From: Xylographa opegraphella
Lineage: Eukaryota
Length of the DNA: 64,000 bases
NCBI GenBank assembly: GCA_022813865.1
Contig: JALDZX010000015.1
Span: 186,001 to 250,000 of the forward strand
Direction: 5' to 3'
The notes beneath the pieces were generated by a model. That model made no database searches. It was not told the origin of the DNA and saw only the letters and a program-made list of their open reading frames with translations. Made by a program: the position numbers and the translations under genes. This document shows, piece after piece, positions 12,688-26,144 of the stretch (its first letter is position 1; every line of letters begins with the position of its first letter).

Positions 12688-13740
12688 TCATCCTATCCCG
12701 CCCGTTACGCTTTCCGTCCGTATATCATCCGTCCACTTCTTCGCGCCGTCCACCTCCCGCAGGAACCACTCCACGCTCTCCCCCTTCCACCCCAGTGCAG
12801 CCACAAACTCCCGCGTCTGCCGCCTAACCCTGTCGACCACTGCCTCCCCCTCCTCTTCCTCCTCCTCCCGTTCCCCACCCCCCCTCACGAGCCCCTCCCG
12901 CCGCACCAGGAACGCCAAAAACCCCCACCCGGATCCGTCGCGCGGATGCGCGAAACACCACCGCCGTACCTTCTCCACCACCCCCGCCCCTTCCTCGGTA
13001 CCCCTCGCCCCCGCGCACTGGCGCAGCACTCGCCGCCCGTAGTGGAAGGCGTGGTAGTTTGCTCGGTGCTGCTCCGCTGCTTGGAGGATGACGTCTATTT
13101 CGGCGCGGAGGAAGGTCGTTAACGGGGTTGTGTGGGCGCGGGCTGGGGAGGGGCCATCTTGTGGTGGGGCTTGCGGGAGGAGGTGCGCGATGTGGTGCCG
13201 CGCCAGCCAGCATCGCTGCCACCATAGCGTTGGCGACTTGGCGTGTCGGTGTAGGGGGGACGTGAGCAGGCTGGTCACGAAGGCCCATTCTTCGCGGACG
13301 GCGCGGCGGAGGAGGAGGAGTAGTTGCTCTGCGCCCGTCGTGTCATCTCCCGCGGCGGTGCACTGCTCGTGCAGGTGGCAGATGCGGCGCTTGCGCCAGT
13401 TCGCGGCCGAGAGGTGCTCCGGGTCGTGGAGGAGGAGGATTTTGGTCGCGGGCTCGAGGGCGGGGGATGGTGGGGGTGCGGGGGAGGAGGAGGAGGAGGG
13501 CTGGGAGAGGAAGATGGTGCGGGCGGTGAGAAAGGTCTGCGTGAGCGCGTGGCGGGTGATGCCGAGGTGGAGGGCGTCGTGCTGGAGGGGGGTGGGGGAG
13601 GTGGGGGGGAGGATTTCGAGGGAGAGGGTGGAGAGGCGGTGGGTGTGTAGGTGGGTGGTGAGGGTGGTGTAGATGGATTCGGGGGATGCTGAGGTTTCCG
13701 CTGGATGGGAGGGTTCCGCCGGGTGTGAGGATGGTGGCAT
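12688..13740 (-). CDS. Protein prenyltransferase alpha-subunit repeat protein (PTAR1/Ecm9-like)
   Basis: ATKILLLHDPEHLSAANWRKR, LLTSPLHRHAKSPTLWWQR, AAEQHRANYHAFHYGR, WCFAHPRDGSGWGFL and WKGESVEWFLR motifs. First ATG of the ORF is at 13740. Confidence 0.85.
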   Translation of the reverse strand: MPPSSHPAEPSHPAETSASPESIYTTLTTHLHTHRLSTLSLEILPPTSPTPLQHDALHLGITRHALTQTFLTARTIFLSQPSSSSSPAPPPSPALEPATKILLLHDPEHLSAANWRKRRICHLHEQCTAAGDDTTGAEQLLLLLRRAVREEWAFVTSLLTSPLHRHAKSPTLWWQRCWLARHHIAHLLPQAPPQDGPSPARAHTTPLTTFLRAEIDVILQAAEQHRANYHAFHYGRRVLRQCAGARGTEEGAGVVEKVRRWCFAHPRDGSGWGFLAFLVRREGLVRGGGEREEEEEEGEAVVDRVRRQTREFVAALGWKGESVEWFLREVDGAKKWTDDIRTESVTGGIG

Positions 13741-13883
13741 GGATTTTTTGGATGAGGGAGAGTCGAGGTGCGGGTTGGTCAGTGGTGGATCATTTAGGGC
13801 TGGCGGGCTTTGATATCCGAACCCGACGAATTCGCTGTTGAACCTCCACAGCAAACGTCGAGGAGCTCCCAGAGACCCTCGCG

Positions 13884-14676
13884 ATGCCTTCCTTGCTGCT
13901 GGTCGTCTTCGTCTTGCAAGTTCTCATCCACCTCGTGAACACCGTCGGCGCAGGCGCGATCTCCAATCTGGTGCGTCCCCCCTCCGCCGCAGCCTTCCTT
14001 TGGACTGTTTAACAGTAGCAAACTGACCTGCCCCGGCTCGATAGTTATGGATCCTCTACAACAAGCTCCCCACCTCTACGTCGGCCAATGTTGCAGCTCA
14101 GACGACGCTGCGGCGCGAAGTCGTCCGCCTGAAGCGCGAGATGAATGCCACTAGCTCGCAGGACGAGTTTGCCAAGTGGGCGAAGATTAGGAGGCAGTAT
14201 GATAAGGTGCTTGCGGAGTACGATCAGAAGAGTAGGTGGGCTGTGATGATTGCTACATGCAAAGCTAAACCTGGGAATGTGCTGATTTCGGGGGTTTTCT
14301 GGCAGCGCAAGCACTTCAGTCGTTCAAGACTTCCTTCGACAGTGCGGTCGGTGTCTTACGGTGGCTCGGCACCAACGGCCTTCGAATGTTTATCCAATTC
14401 TGGTTCGCGAAGCGGCCCCTGTTCTGGCTGCCGCGGGGGTGGGTGCCGGCATACGTGGAGTGGATTCTGGCATTTCCCAGAGCGCCGACGGGGAGTATCA
14501 GTATACAGGTGTGGGGCATAGCGTGCGCGAGTGTGGTGCAGATAGCTTCGATGGCGGTGGTGGCGGCATGGAGGCTGAGTACGCAGCAGCAGAAGGTGGG
14601 AGGGAAGGGCAGGGAGGAGCCGATGAAGATGGGAGCGGTGGGGGGAAGCGCGAGGGGAGAAAAGAAGGAGTTGTAG
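13884..14676 (+). CDS. GET1: Guided entry of tail-anchored proteins factor 1 (GET1/WRB), 3 exons
   Basis: [23 protein letters not shown]...LW.LYNKLP...[22 protein letters not shown]...[40 protein letters not shown]. Confidence 0.93.
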
Positions 14677-15272
14677 TTTTTCATAATCCTACTTTTCTTA
14701 AGAACTACGAGGTTTTGTTTCTCATCTTATTGACGCAAGATCTGTCATGGCTTGCGCTGTGGATCCTGCAACACGAAGTGAGAAGCCCCTTGGCAGAGGC
14801 TGGTGTGCTTGATCTGGGCATGTCTTTTTGACTCTGAGTGATCATGGAGAGTGGATCGCCAAAGCTTCGAAAGTGCCTGCTCATTGTATAGTGTAGGAAT
14901 TCAAGGGAAGGTGCTGAGGGGGGGTTGATAGACCATTGATGTGTGGAAGATTTGAGCTGTAGGATTGAGGTTAGTTGTTGTGTTTGGGACTCGTGTACTA
15001 GCTCCAACCAGAGTCTCTCTTGTCGAAAGAGTCATCCTTGAAAATTATCATGAGTATTCCCGATGATCCGAAGTTTGAATTACTCGACGAAGCTGGCAAT
15101 AGTGAAATGAAAAATATTGAAAACAAATTTCTTATCGGGCTGAATCCGGGATTTAGACGCCAAGCGCGTCGCAAGCACACGCGCCTATTGGCCATTTCAA
15201 CACGTCTTCTTTCAGGTGCTGGAGTTGCTCAGTACTTCATGCTGTAGATCGATCGACACGAGGTTCAAGAAG

Positions 15273-16382
15273 ATGGTCGAGTGGAAAACGTAGGTAATCT
15301 CCAAATATGTCGAGCACCAGAGCTAAACTTCGAAAAGTATCTCAAGTCTCTTGCTCACTCTGGGGCCTTTGTTTGTCCCACGCCTCTACTCATATTATAA
15401 GACCTCACGGGTTCAGGCACAGACATCGAATGTTCCCGTACGTCCCGTGCCTAGACATGTTCAATATGCCATCAATATTCTGCTTCTTGCTGCGGCTCTA
15501 GCCATTGTTGCGACATTCCCACAATTTCAACCAGAAAACCTATTCACACTCACGTCTTCCCGCCTACACACCCCTATAGACGTTCTCTTTACCCGTCTCA
15601 CCGCTCTACGGCCAGAGAAGCAACTGACAGATTTCGACAACGAGCTTAGAAGCCGCCTTGCAGCCTTGGACGCCCGTTGTCTGTACTTTGCATATGGTCC
15701 TGCGGCCCTAGCCGAATGCCCTTTCTGCAAGTCGGACGACCCGGCCACGTTCTTCTATTACTCTCTTCCCGCGAGACTCTTTCTGCATCTTCTCAATCTC
15801 TTTGCCCTGGGTCTGGCAACATCAACAGCCCTTTCGGGGAAAGAGGGCGGACGATGGAGGACAATGGCCGCACTTGTCGGATCGTGCTTGGCAATCGCCG
15901 ACTGTTACATGGTCGGGGCCTATGACTGGAAAGGAAATTCTCGTGCAACACGAGCTGAAGATTTGGACTTCTTCTACTGGCGAATGCGTACCATACGGGG
16001 GCTTGCGATCGCTGCTCTTGATGCCGGCCTTGCGGGCCTCATTTGGGCCTCATCAACAAACAGACTCTTCGTCGTTCCTTTGAGCTCCGCCGAAAGGCTG
16101 GAATCTATTACGAAGGTCATGGAAGCGACAAGGGGCAAGCTTGGAGCTGTTGGGATGATCAGGAATGTGACTGTCCGGGATGAAAATCTGAGGAAGAAAG
16201 CAGAAATTTACTGGAAGCGAGAGGGTGAAATAATGGGTGAGGTAATGGACGAGAAAGAGGTGGTGGAGGGTATCAGAGGTGCGCTGGAAAGTGGTCGGAT
16301 GAACGTGACTACGATTGAAGAGGAGGCGAAGCGATATGCTGAAAGCATTTTTGTCGCTCCGGATGAATTCCCGACTGGATGA
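15273..16382 (+). CDS. Conserved fungal multi-pass membrane protein of unknown function (2 exons)
   Basis: Short exon MVEWK(T), intron ending AAG, then a 343-aa ORF with TM segments, ENLF..TSSRL.TP.DVLF.RL and YG..AL..CPFC motifs, and a C-terminal charged helical tail. Confidence 0.8.
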
Positions 16383-17645
16383 AATGAACAAGGTCTTGCT
16401 TCGCATCGCATCAATGCCGCCAACTCGTCATCGTAGGCCAACAGCGAGAATTTCTGTTCTATGCAATGTTGGAACCTCGCCGAATGCATGTTACAACTAT
16501 TGGTATTTAACGAAAGGATGAGTGCCCAAATGCAGCAACGATACTTCCCTAGTCATTGGTCATGAACATGCCCTCGGATGCCTGGTGGCTGGTGGCGCGT
16601 CTTTTTATGCCGTACAACGGCAGACCTTGAAGGCGTATGTATCGAGCACATGATAGTCTCGAAATATTGCAGCGCCGTGCTCCATATCAATAGGAGAAGA
16701 AGGAGCGGTCATCGATTCGAGCAGCTGAGATGTTGAATATTCTCAGCGCCATGAAGAAGTTCCAAGCAATATCGACATCGACTGTATCTAACATTACAGT
16801 ATCGTCTGCTATTGTCCTCCTCATATCGCTTCATTTTCAGAATGAAAGGGAAGATCGGAGTACGCCATAAAGCAGAAGGTCCATGCTTGATTTTGGTGTC
16901 ACTTGCCATGGTAAAGATTTTGAAAGTAATAAGAATGATACTTTAACCTTGAATCAATTACATCGTTGTTGCTCCTCCGAAAGCTATGCTCTAGTTCCAC
17001 CAAATATGTAAGCTTTCTGAACAATATTCACGTGCCTATCACCATCATAAGACCTCGTGGTGACCAGCAGCCAGTGCTGAGAAGTGAATTGGGAATCCAA
17101 CGCCTTTTGGATTTCTGTTCATTGCCTGCAACAAGAGAACATGGGAAAGACGATTTCGCGATGGACGTAGAACTTCAACTTGATGCTAGTATGTTTGAAA
17201 TTACGGTCAACTGGCAATCCCATAGTCACCCATGGAGTTGGCACGTAACGTTTCAGACAATAATGGCAAATAGCGGGCAGTACGATAGGCAAATGGGCGC
17301 GAAACCAATATAGATATGCGAAGGGCACAGCCAGCTAGCCTGCCGAGTAATCTCAGCAGCTTCGAAGGCGGCAAAGACAGGCGTGTCGAAAGCTGGTTAT
17401 ACGCGGAGCATGAATCAAACCATCCGTATTCTAGACGATCCAATCTGCTTGTTGGTACTAGTACCGCCTCTCGTCGCTTCAAATATCGGGCAATCTCCAT
17501 CCAAACCCTAATCTCAATTCCCGGCTTCTTTCATCCCGGTATCAACCGGTCTTAACCGAGAGTGCTCCGGCATCGCTAGCCCGGAAAAACGTTCCGATGC
17601 GCCCGAGATTTTATGATAAACGGACTCTTGAATCCACAATTTTAA

Positions 17646-17652
17646 GAGTCAT
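17646..17652 (-). promoter_or_regulatory. Gcn4/CpcA (cross-pathway control) response element ATGACTC
   Basis: GAGTCAT on the + strand, about 65 nt upstream of the asparagine synthetase ATG. Asparagine synthetase is an established Gcn4/CpcA target class. Confidence 0.55.
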
Positions 17653-17717
17653 ATCTGTATCTCAGAGACCGACATAGCTTCATTGGATCCTGAGCTGACC
17701 GCGAAGATACTGCAAAC

Positions 17718-19925
17718 ATGTGTGGAATTTTTGCTTGTCATTGGTAGGCACATTAGTTTCTTATATTCAATATTTGCAGCACGCGACCCCTGGGTTGCTG
17801 AATTCGGCTATTAACATGTGCTGCCCATGCTAATCGCTTTCTACAGTCATCCAGATGTGCAGAAATTCAAGCCTACCGCGCTGCGGATGGCGAAAGCGTA
17901 CGTCTGCTCTTATGGAAGACTCAATTTAGTATTAATAAGGATTTAAAGTGCCCGGCATCGTGGTCCCGACTGGAGTAAGGACCTCTTGACTGGCGTAGAA
18001 GCAATATCTAACAAGAGTGTCTAGGCGGAAACTTCACTGCAAACAATACGAGTTAGGCCAATTGCTTGTTGTTAAAATTGACTTTCTAATATGTCCCAGT
18101 TTTGGCACACGAGCGACTCAGCATCGTAGGAGTTGGTCAGTTCCATTTCCTACCTAACAGTTTCGCTTGGCTGATATCTGCTAGAAAGTGGAGCTCAGCC
18201 GTTAGTGAACGACAATGGGTCTATATCCTTGGCTGTCAACGGCGAGATCTACAACCATCGGATCCTCCGAAGAGAGCTCAAGACCCCGTATAACTTTAAG
18301 ACTCATTCAGATTGCGAAGTCATCATTCCTCTGGTATGTGCGAATCTCTCTATGCGTGCATGTTGCTTATAGCGTATAGTACATGGAACATGGAATCAAT
18401 GCTCCCAAGCTGCTTGATGGCATGTTCTCCTTTGTCTTGTATGACAAGGACCAAGATCGGACTATCGCCGCGAGGGATCCCATCGGTATCACCACTTTCT
18501 ATCAAGGATGGTCATGGAAGACCCCGGGTGCTGTTTATTTTGCTTCTGAGCTCAAATGTTTGCATCCTGTGTGTGACAAAATTATTGCGTTCCCGCCGGG
18601 CCATATCTACGACTCAAAGACAAACACCACAACTAGATACTTCGAACCCTCGTGGTGGGATCCGGCACGAGTACCGTCAACGCCAATTGACTACAAACTT
18701 ATCCGGAAATCTCTAGAGAATGCCGTGCGTAAGCGGTTGATGGCCGAAGTTCCATATGGTGTACTACTTTCCGGTGGCCTAGATTCAAGTCTAACAGCTT
18801 CAATTGCTCAACGAGAAACTCTGAAGCTCCGCGCAATCGCTGAAAAAGAAATGAACGCTGATGGTAGTCGAGTTCGAAGAAGTCCAAGTCCAAATGGAGG
18901 CCTCGTTGGAATAGACGACGAGAACCAGCTGTCTACCGTGGAATGGTTGCCCCAGCTCCACTCATTTTCTATTGGGCTCCCAGGTTCGCCTGATACCAAG
19001 GCTGCTTTGCAAGTTGCTAAATTTCTTGGAACAAAACATTACCCTTTCGAATTCACGATTCAGGAAGGCCTAGACGCCCTTTCCGATGTAATCTACCACC
19101 TAGAATCGTATGATGTAACAACAATTCGAGCCTCAACGCCAATGTTTCTGTTGAGTCGCAAGATCAAAGCTATGGGAGTCAAGATGGTCTTGAGTGGAGA
19201 AGGAAGTGATGAGATTTTCGGTGGTTATCTATACTTCCACGCTGCCCCTGACAAGGAGTCCTTCCATGAAGAAACTGTTCGGCGTGTAAAGAATCTGCAC
19301 CTGTCGGATTGTTTACGAGCCAACAAGTCTACGGCTGCTTGGGGTGTGGAAGCCCGTGTACCGTTTTTGGACAAGCAGGTCAGTGGCCGATCCTGTACTC
19401 TCGAATGAATACTCATGTACACAGTTTCTGGAGGATACTATGAACATTAATCCAGCAGAAAAAATGATCACCAAAGACAGGATGGAGAAGTACATTTTGC
19501 GGAAGGCTTTCGATACTTCTGACGAACCAGATGCCAAGCCGTATCTTCCCGATAACATCCTCTGGCGCCAAAAGGAACAATTTAGTGACGGAGTTGGCTA
19601 TGGATGGATCGATGCGTTGAAAGACACCGCTGAAATCCAAGTATCAGATAATCAGATGAAGCACCCTAAGCCGGAATGGGGAGCTGATATTCCTGACACT
19701 AAGGAGGCCTACTGGTACAGAATGATGTTTGACGAACACTTTCCTCCTTACTGTGCGTCGACCGTGATGCGGTGGACTCCGACTTGGTCGAAGCAGACAG
19801 ATCCTAGTGGACGGTGAGTGAATTTTTATCTTCAAAATCCTTTTGACTTCCACTGACATTTTAGTGCTATTGCAACGCATGTCGCCAAGTACGGAGGTGC
19901 GGAAGGGATGAATGGTTCGGCATAG
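17718..19925 (+). CDS. ASN1: Glutamine-dependent asparagine synthetase (9 exons)
   Basis: MCGIF N-terminal nucleophile, [75 protein letters not shown]. Confidence 0.97.
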
Positions 19926-20260
19926 AGTATTGATGCTGTTGCGGGCGAAAGTTCAATTGCAAGTTCGTGGAAACGTGTACGTAGTCAGGATCTTTGGGCC
20001 CTAGAAGGTGTGCTCTGCTTTTACGATTTAAATGAATGGCGGGCTAGACAATATGGGTGGCCTTGGTCTTTATTCTAACCTAATACTATCGATGGGTTTC
20101 GGGGACCGTTCGTGTGTGTCTACCTCTTCATAGTAGGATTAGAACACAAATTACCTGACCGTCGAACCGTAAGAAAGCCGTACTCCTACTCCTTTCAATT
20201 GTGCCATGAACGGAGTACGTAGGTTTTAATGCGTACGAATTTTAGCAGTTCCGGTGGATT

Positions 20261-20272
20261 GGCCAATCAGAA
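20261..20272 (+). promoter_or_regulatory. CCAAT box (HAP complex-type) upstream of porin
   Basis: GGCCAATCAGAA about 140 nt upstream of the porin ATG. Motif match only. Confidence 0.35.
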
Positions 20273-20406
20273 ACCGCTGTTGAAGGCCCGTGCCTTTCCG
20301 AAGCTTTTCCGCTGGGGTGCAACGTTTTTACACCCTGCGCAGTTGAACTTCAGAAAGTACATCCCGCCTAATAGATCACAATTATATTCCTTCATCTCCA
20401 ATAATT

Positions 20407-21665
20407 ATGTCTATCCCAGCATTTTCTGACATTGCGAAGTCGTCCAATGATGTGGGTTGGGGTCGGAGAGCCCAAAGTTGTTGTTTACCTGCTGAATGTT
20501 TGTAGCTTCTCAACAAAGACTTCTACCACACTGCTGCCTGTAGGTCTAATCAGTCACCTTGTTCTGATGCGTCTTCTAACACAGACAGCAAATCTCGAAA
20601 TCAAATCGAAAGCTCCCAATGGAGTGAGCTTTAACGTAAAAGGAAAATCTACTCACGATAGTCATACTGCTGGATCAGTAAGTCGACTTCAACCGCACAA
20701 TGTTTGTATTGCTTGACCAGTATGCTAACATTTCTTGTGTCTATAGATTGAGGCAAAGTACAAGGATGACCCATCTGGTACATTTTTCAACCATCTACTC
20801 TTCCTTATCAGATCCCCTATCGACAGATCCAGCAACACCAGCTACCAAACCCTCATAAGGCCTGGTCAGGCATCTTTGCTGATGTTTTATCGACGCGCAG
20901 GCTTGACTCTTACCCAGGCTTGGACGACAGCCAATGTCCTCGATACCAAGATAGAAGTCGAGAACCAACTCGCCAAGGGGTTGAAGGCTGAGCTATTGAC
21001 TCAATACCTCCCCAAATCGAACACCTACGGCGCGAAGACCAACCTCTATTTCAAACAGCCGAACTTCCATGGGCGTGCGTTCTTCGATCTCTTCAAGGGA
21101 CCGACTGCCACGATCGACGCTGTATTGGGACATGAAGGCTTCCTCGTAGGAGCTGAAGCCGGTTACGACGTACAGAAGGCGGCCATTACAAGATACTCCG
21201 CCGCGGTCGGGTATAGCGTACCTCAGTACTCCGCTGCTATTACTGCCACAAACAATCTGAGTGTTTTTGCCGCGTCTTACTACCACAAGGTCAACTCGGA
21301 CGTTGAAGCTGGTGCAAAGGCAACCTGGGATTCTAAGGCTGGTGACAAGGTTGGACTTGAGGTTGCGAGCAAATGGCGTCTTGATCCGACTTCATTCGCC
21401 AAGGCAAGACAACCGATTTTATAGCGGGCATAATCCCATTGACTAACTTGGCTGCTCTAAAACAGGCTAAAGTAAACGATCGTGGTATTGCCGCTATCGC
21501 CTACAACGTGTTGCTGCGTCCAGGCTTCACGCTTGGCCTCGGCGCGTCATTCGACACCCAGAACCTCAACGAGGCAGCGCATAAGGTATGTCGGTAAACC
21601 ACTTTCTGGGGAACAAATAACTCAATTTGTTTTAGGTCGGTGCAAGCTTTACCTTTGATGCGTAA
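20407..21665 (+). CDS. POR1: Mitochondrial outer membrane porin (VDAC), 7 exons
   Basis: MSIPAFSDIAKSSNDLLNKDFYH...GLTLTQAWTT...AGYDVQKAAITRYSAAVGY...YYHKVN...AKVNDRG...LGASFDTQNLNEAAHKVGASFTFDA*. Intron 21404-21465 is GC-AG. Confidence 0.96.
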
Positions 21666-22008
21666 GAGTGAGGTACTGTGAAAATTCTGGAGTGCCGACT
21701 GAGGGTGAGCATTGGCTGTAGTGTCCGAGGACTTATTAGAGCGTGTATTTACATCTGTAGACTAATTGAGAAGGAAGGCTATCTTATTCCAAGCTATTGA
21801 AACAAACATTGACATTTGTTGTCTGTCGCCTGGTGCTGCTTTATGTCTTTTTCATGTTATACGACGCCTCTGGAATTTATATACATATTCCAGCAATGCA
21901 AGCCTAACCTTTTCTTGTCACAACCTGCCTCCCAATGCAGCTCCGTATAAGATACCGTTCCACAAAACCGGAATAAAGTCCAAGCACAATTCTCTTCCCG
22001 CTTCGTTT

Positions 22009-22974
22009 TCATTTCTCCTTCCTTCTCTCCCTCTCCCCCAAGCCTACCCCCTCCCTCCACGCCGCCGTCACCAACGACGCAAAGCCCACCACCCCACTGA
22101 TGAGCAAGAAATTAAACAATATCCCTGGCCCCCTCGCATCATGCTGTTCTCCCTCCCACTCCATCCGCCTCTTCCTCCTCATCTCCTGCTGCTCCTGCGT
22201 CCACAGATGCCCCTCGCGATCGAAATGCGGCACGTCGCTCCACGCCGTCCACCCGTGCGGGCCTTGTCCCGGCGAGAAACCCCCTCCCGCTGCTCCCCTG
22301 CCAGCCGTCCCACTCGCCTCCCCCGCGCCCGCGGAGGTGCCTCCTCGGAACGCGTTCCCGGCACTCCCCTCCCCTGCCGCTGCCCCGCTCTCGGACGCGG
22401 ACCCTTCCTGCCCTGCGGCGCGCTTCGCGCCCTGCGTGCCCCAGCCGCCGCTGCGGTAGAAACTTGGTGGCGGGCCGTGGAAACGTGTGCGTCGCTTGCT
22501 GAGGCCGCTGGCGGGGCGGGCGCCGAAGGGGGTGCTGGCCGAGGAATGGGAGCCTTGGCGGTGGGGTGGGTGGCTTGCGGCAGTGGAGGGCAGGTGCTCG
22601 CGGTCGTACTTGGAGCGGGAAGAGGGAGAGCCGAGCACGGCGTAGGCGGTGGAGATGGCTACGAAGCGGGTGGAGGCGGTGGGGTCGGTGGGGTTGTGAT
22701 CTGGGTGGTGGATGCGGGAGAGATGGTAGAATTGTCTGTGGGAGTGTTCAGTTTTTGCATGGGGTGGAGTGGGAATTGAGGTAGGGACGCACTTTTTGAT
22801 CGCGGCGGCTGTCGCGTCCGGAGGGACTTGGAGGACCTCGTAGTGGTTCTGGTTATCGTCGCGGAATTGGCGTGAGGTGTGGAAGGTCGGGCTGCCGTGA
22901 TGGGGAGCGAGGCGTGGTGGAGGAAAGGGGCGGTGGAGAGGACATTTCGACAGGTATAGGGAGCGAGGTGGCAT
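22009..22974 (-). CDS. J-domain (DnaJ) protein with probable mitochondrial presequence and C-terminal TM; intron 22736-22792
   Basis: NHYEVL...IKKQFYHLSRIHHPDHN...RFVAISTAYAVL...R.KYD (HPD motif); DVPHFD motif; hydrophobic C-terminal segment. Confidence 0.9.
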   Translation of the reverse strand: MPPRSLYLSKCPLHRPFPPPRLAPHHGSPTFHTSRQFRDDNQNHYEVLQVPPDATAAAIKKCVPTSIPTPPHAKTEHSHRQFYHLSRIHHPDHNPTDPTASTRFVAISTAYAVLGSPSSRSKYDREHLPSTAASHPPHRQGSHSSASTPFGARPASGLSKRRTRFHGPPPSFYRSGGWGTQGAKRAAGQEGSASESGAAAGEGSAGNAFRGGTSAGAGEASGTAGRGAAGGGFSPGQGPHGWTAWSDVPHFDREGHLWTQEQQEMRRKRRMEWEGEQHDARGPGILFNFLLISGVVGFASLVTAAWREGVGLGERERRKEK

Positions 22975-23412
22975 TCCTCATCCCGAGATTTGTAGGTGCT
23001 TGTGTGGAGGTGGAGGTGGGATGCTCAATGGAGGTTGTTTCGAGGCGAGCAGGCATTGATTCGCATCGTTGATGCTGCATGACGTGTGGAGCTGTCTTGG
23101 GAGAGCAGGCCGCCAGCGGGAACAAGCGAAGGCGGAGGACCGCCATGCTTTAACGGGGCTTACTTGGCTTACAGGTAGCTTAGGCGCCTAACCTGCCAGG
23201 CTGTGCCCCTATATTTAGGTGGCCTCTACCTGAAGCACACCTAGAAGATCTAGACTATCTTGTCATCCCACCCCGCGATTCATCACAAAATTTGGTGGGG
23301 TAATTAAGAACTTTCTGTCTGACATGAGATTGTGACTCCGATCTGAATCAAGTCCTTAAGAACGGAGCGTTCCTAGAAAGAGGGAAGCGGGGAGTCTGAA
23401 ACTGCTGGCAAG

Positions 23413-25084
<1,672 letters not shown>

Positions 25085-26144
25085 GGAGACTGCGTAGGCT
25101 AGCGGCCTTCAATCTCAATTGAACGATGGATGTTTGACCGATCATCATGATTACAACGATATGTAAAACTGGATTTGCACACATAGGATTGAATGGAAAT
25201 CATAAACTATTCGACTGTGAACCCAATCAAACGCAGTGACTGCCTTGCAATATGAAAACGTGATCTTTCAAGCTGGATAGTTGGAGCCTATCGCCCTTTC
25301 AAATTGCGGGGCTCTGGACCTCTAACATGTATGAGAATCTGCGTCCCAGTTATGAAACTAACATTGAAGTTGGATCCCACAGTGAGATGATTAGTACCTG
25401 GTGTCACTACCATCTCCCGACAATTATTACCCATTAATACCAATATAGCTATCACTTGCTCGCGACTGAATACCGACACCATTATACTGCTCCAAACGAA
25501 ATACTCTTTCTCTCGGCTTGTTGTTGTTCCTATTCTTCGCCTGGGTTAACGATTGGATAGAACGCCAAAGGCTTTGCTTGGCTTTGAATTGAAACAAGGC
25601 TTTGCACATGTTGACTATTCGTCAGCCAAGAATTTCAGGGGAAAGGCTGATGACGTCGAGACATAACGAACAAGTAAATGTAGCATTAGCAGCTGCCACA
25701 AGAAAGCTTCATTTGCTAGATCGTGCTTCGAGTAACATTGTTGACACCATGAAACGCTTTCGTAACACCGATTAACAATAAGAGACCTCAGCTCAAACTT
25801 GTGACATTAGATATAGTCTGAAAGGAAAACTTGTAATTTCAAACATACAATGTGAAGGCCTCAACATAGAGCTATGAAGTCTGTTGGTTGATACAAGAGG
25901 CTACATGAATCCCTCGTATATGGACTGCTTGCTGTCTGTTGAGGTTCACCCTAAGCGAAAAGTTCCAGAAGCCCTCGAAAACCCTAAAATGATCGCCGTT
26001 GAACCCTGCATCCGAAGCTTGAAACCAACTACACCAAAAGATGCTCTCACCACAACGACAAATTCGCCCCCTTCGAAGTCCTTTCAAAGCAAAAACATGG
26101 CTTGATGAGCCCACACGTTTCACTCACCCGTTAAAAACTCCGTC

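Noticed and set aside
16500..17560. Possible gene relics here and at about 25150-26100, 31650-32400, 33800-34400, 51000-52150 and 57050-58150
   Set aside because: The fragments are vaguely protein-like, but I could recognise no family. blastx would be needed.
21766..22784. Long antisense/overlapping ORFs (337 aa here; also 13088-13672, 34583-35236, 45868-46728)
   Set aside because: They are shadows of GC-rich real genes where stop codons are rare, with low-complexity translations and no domains.
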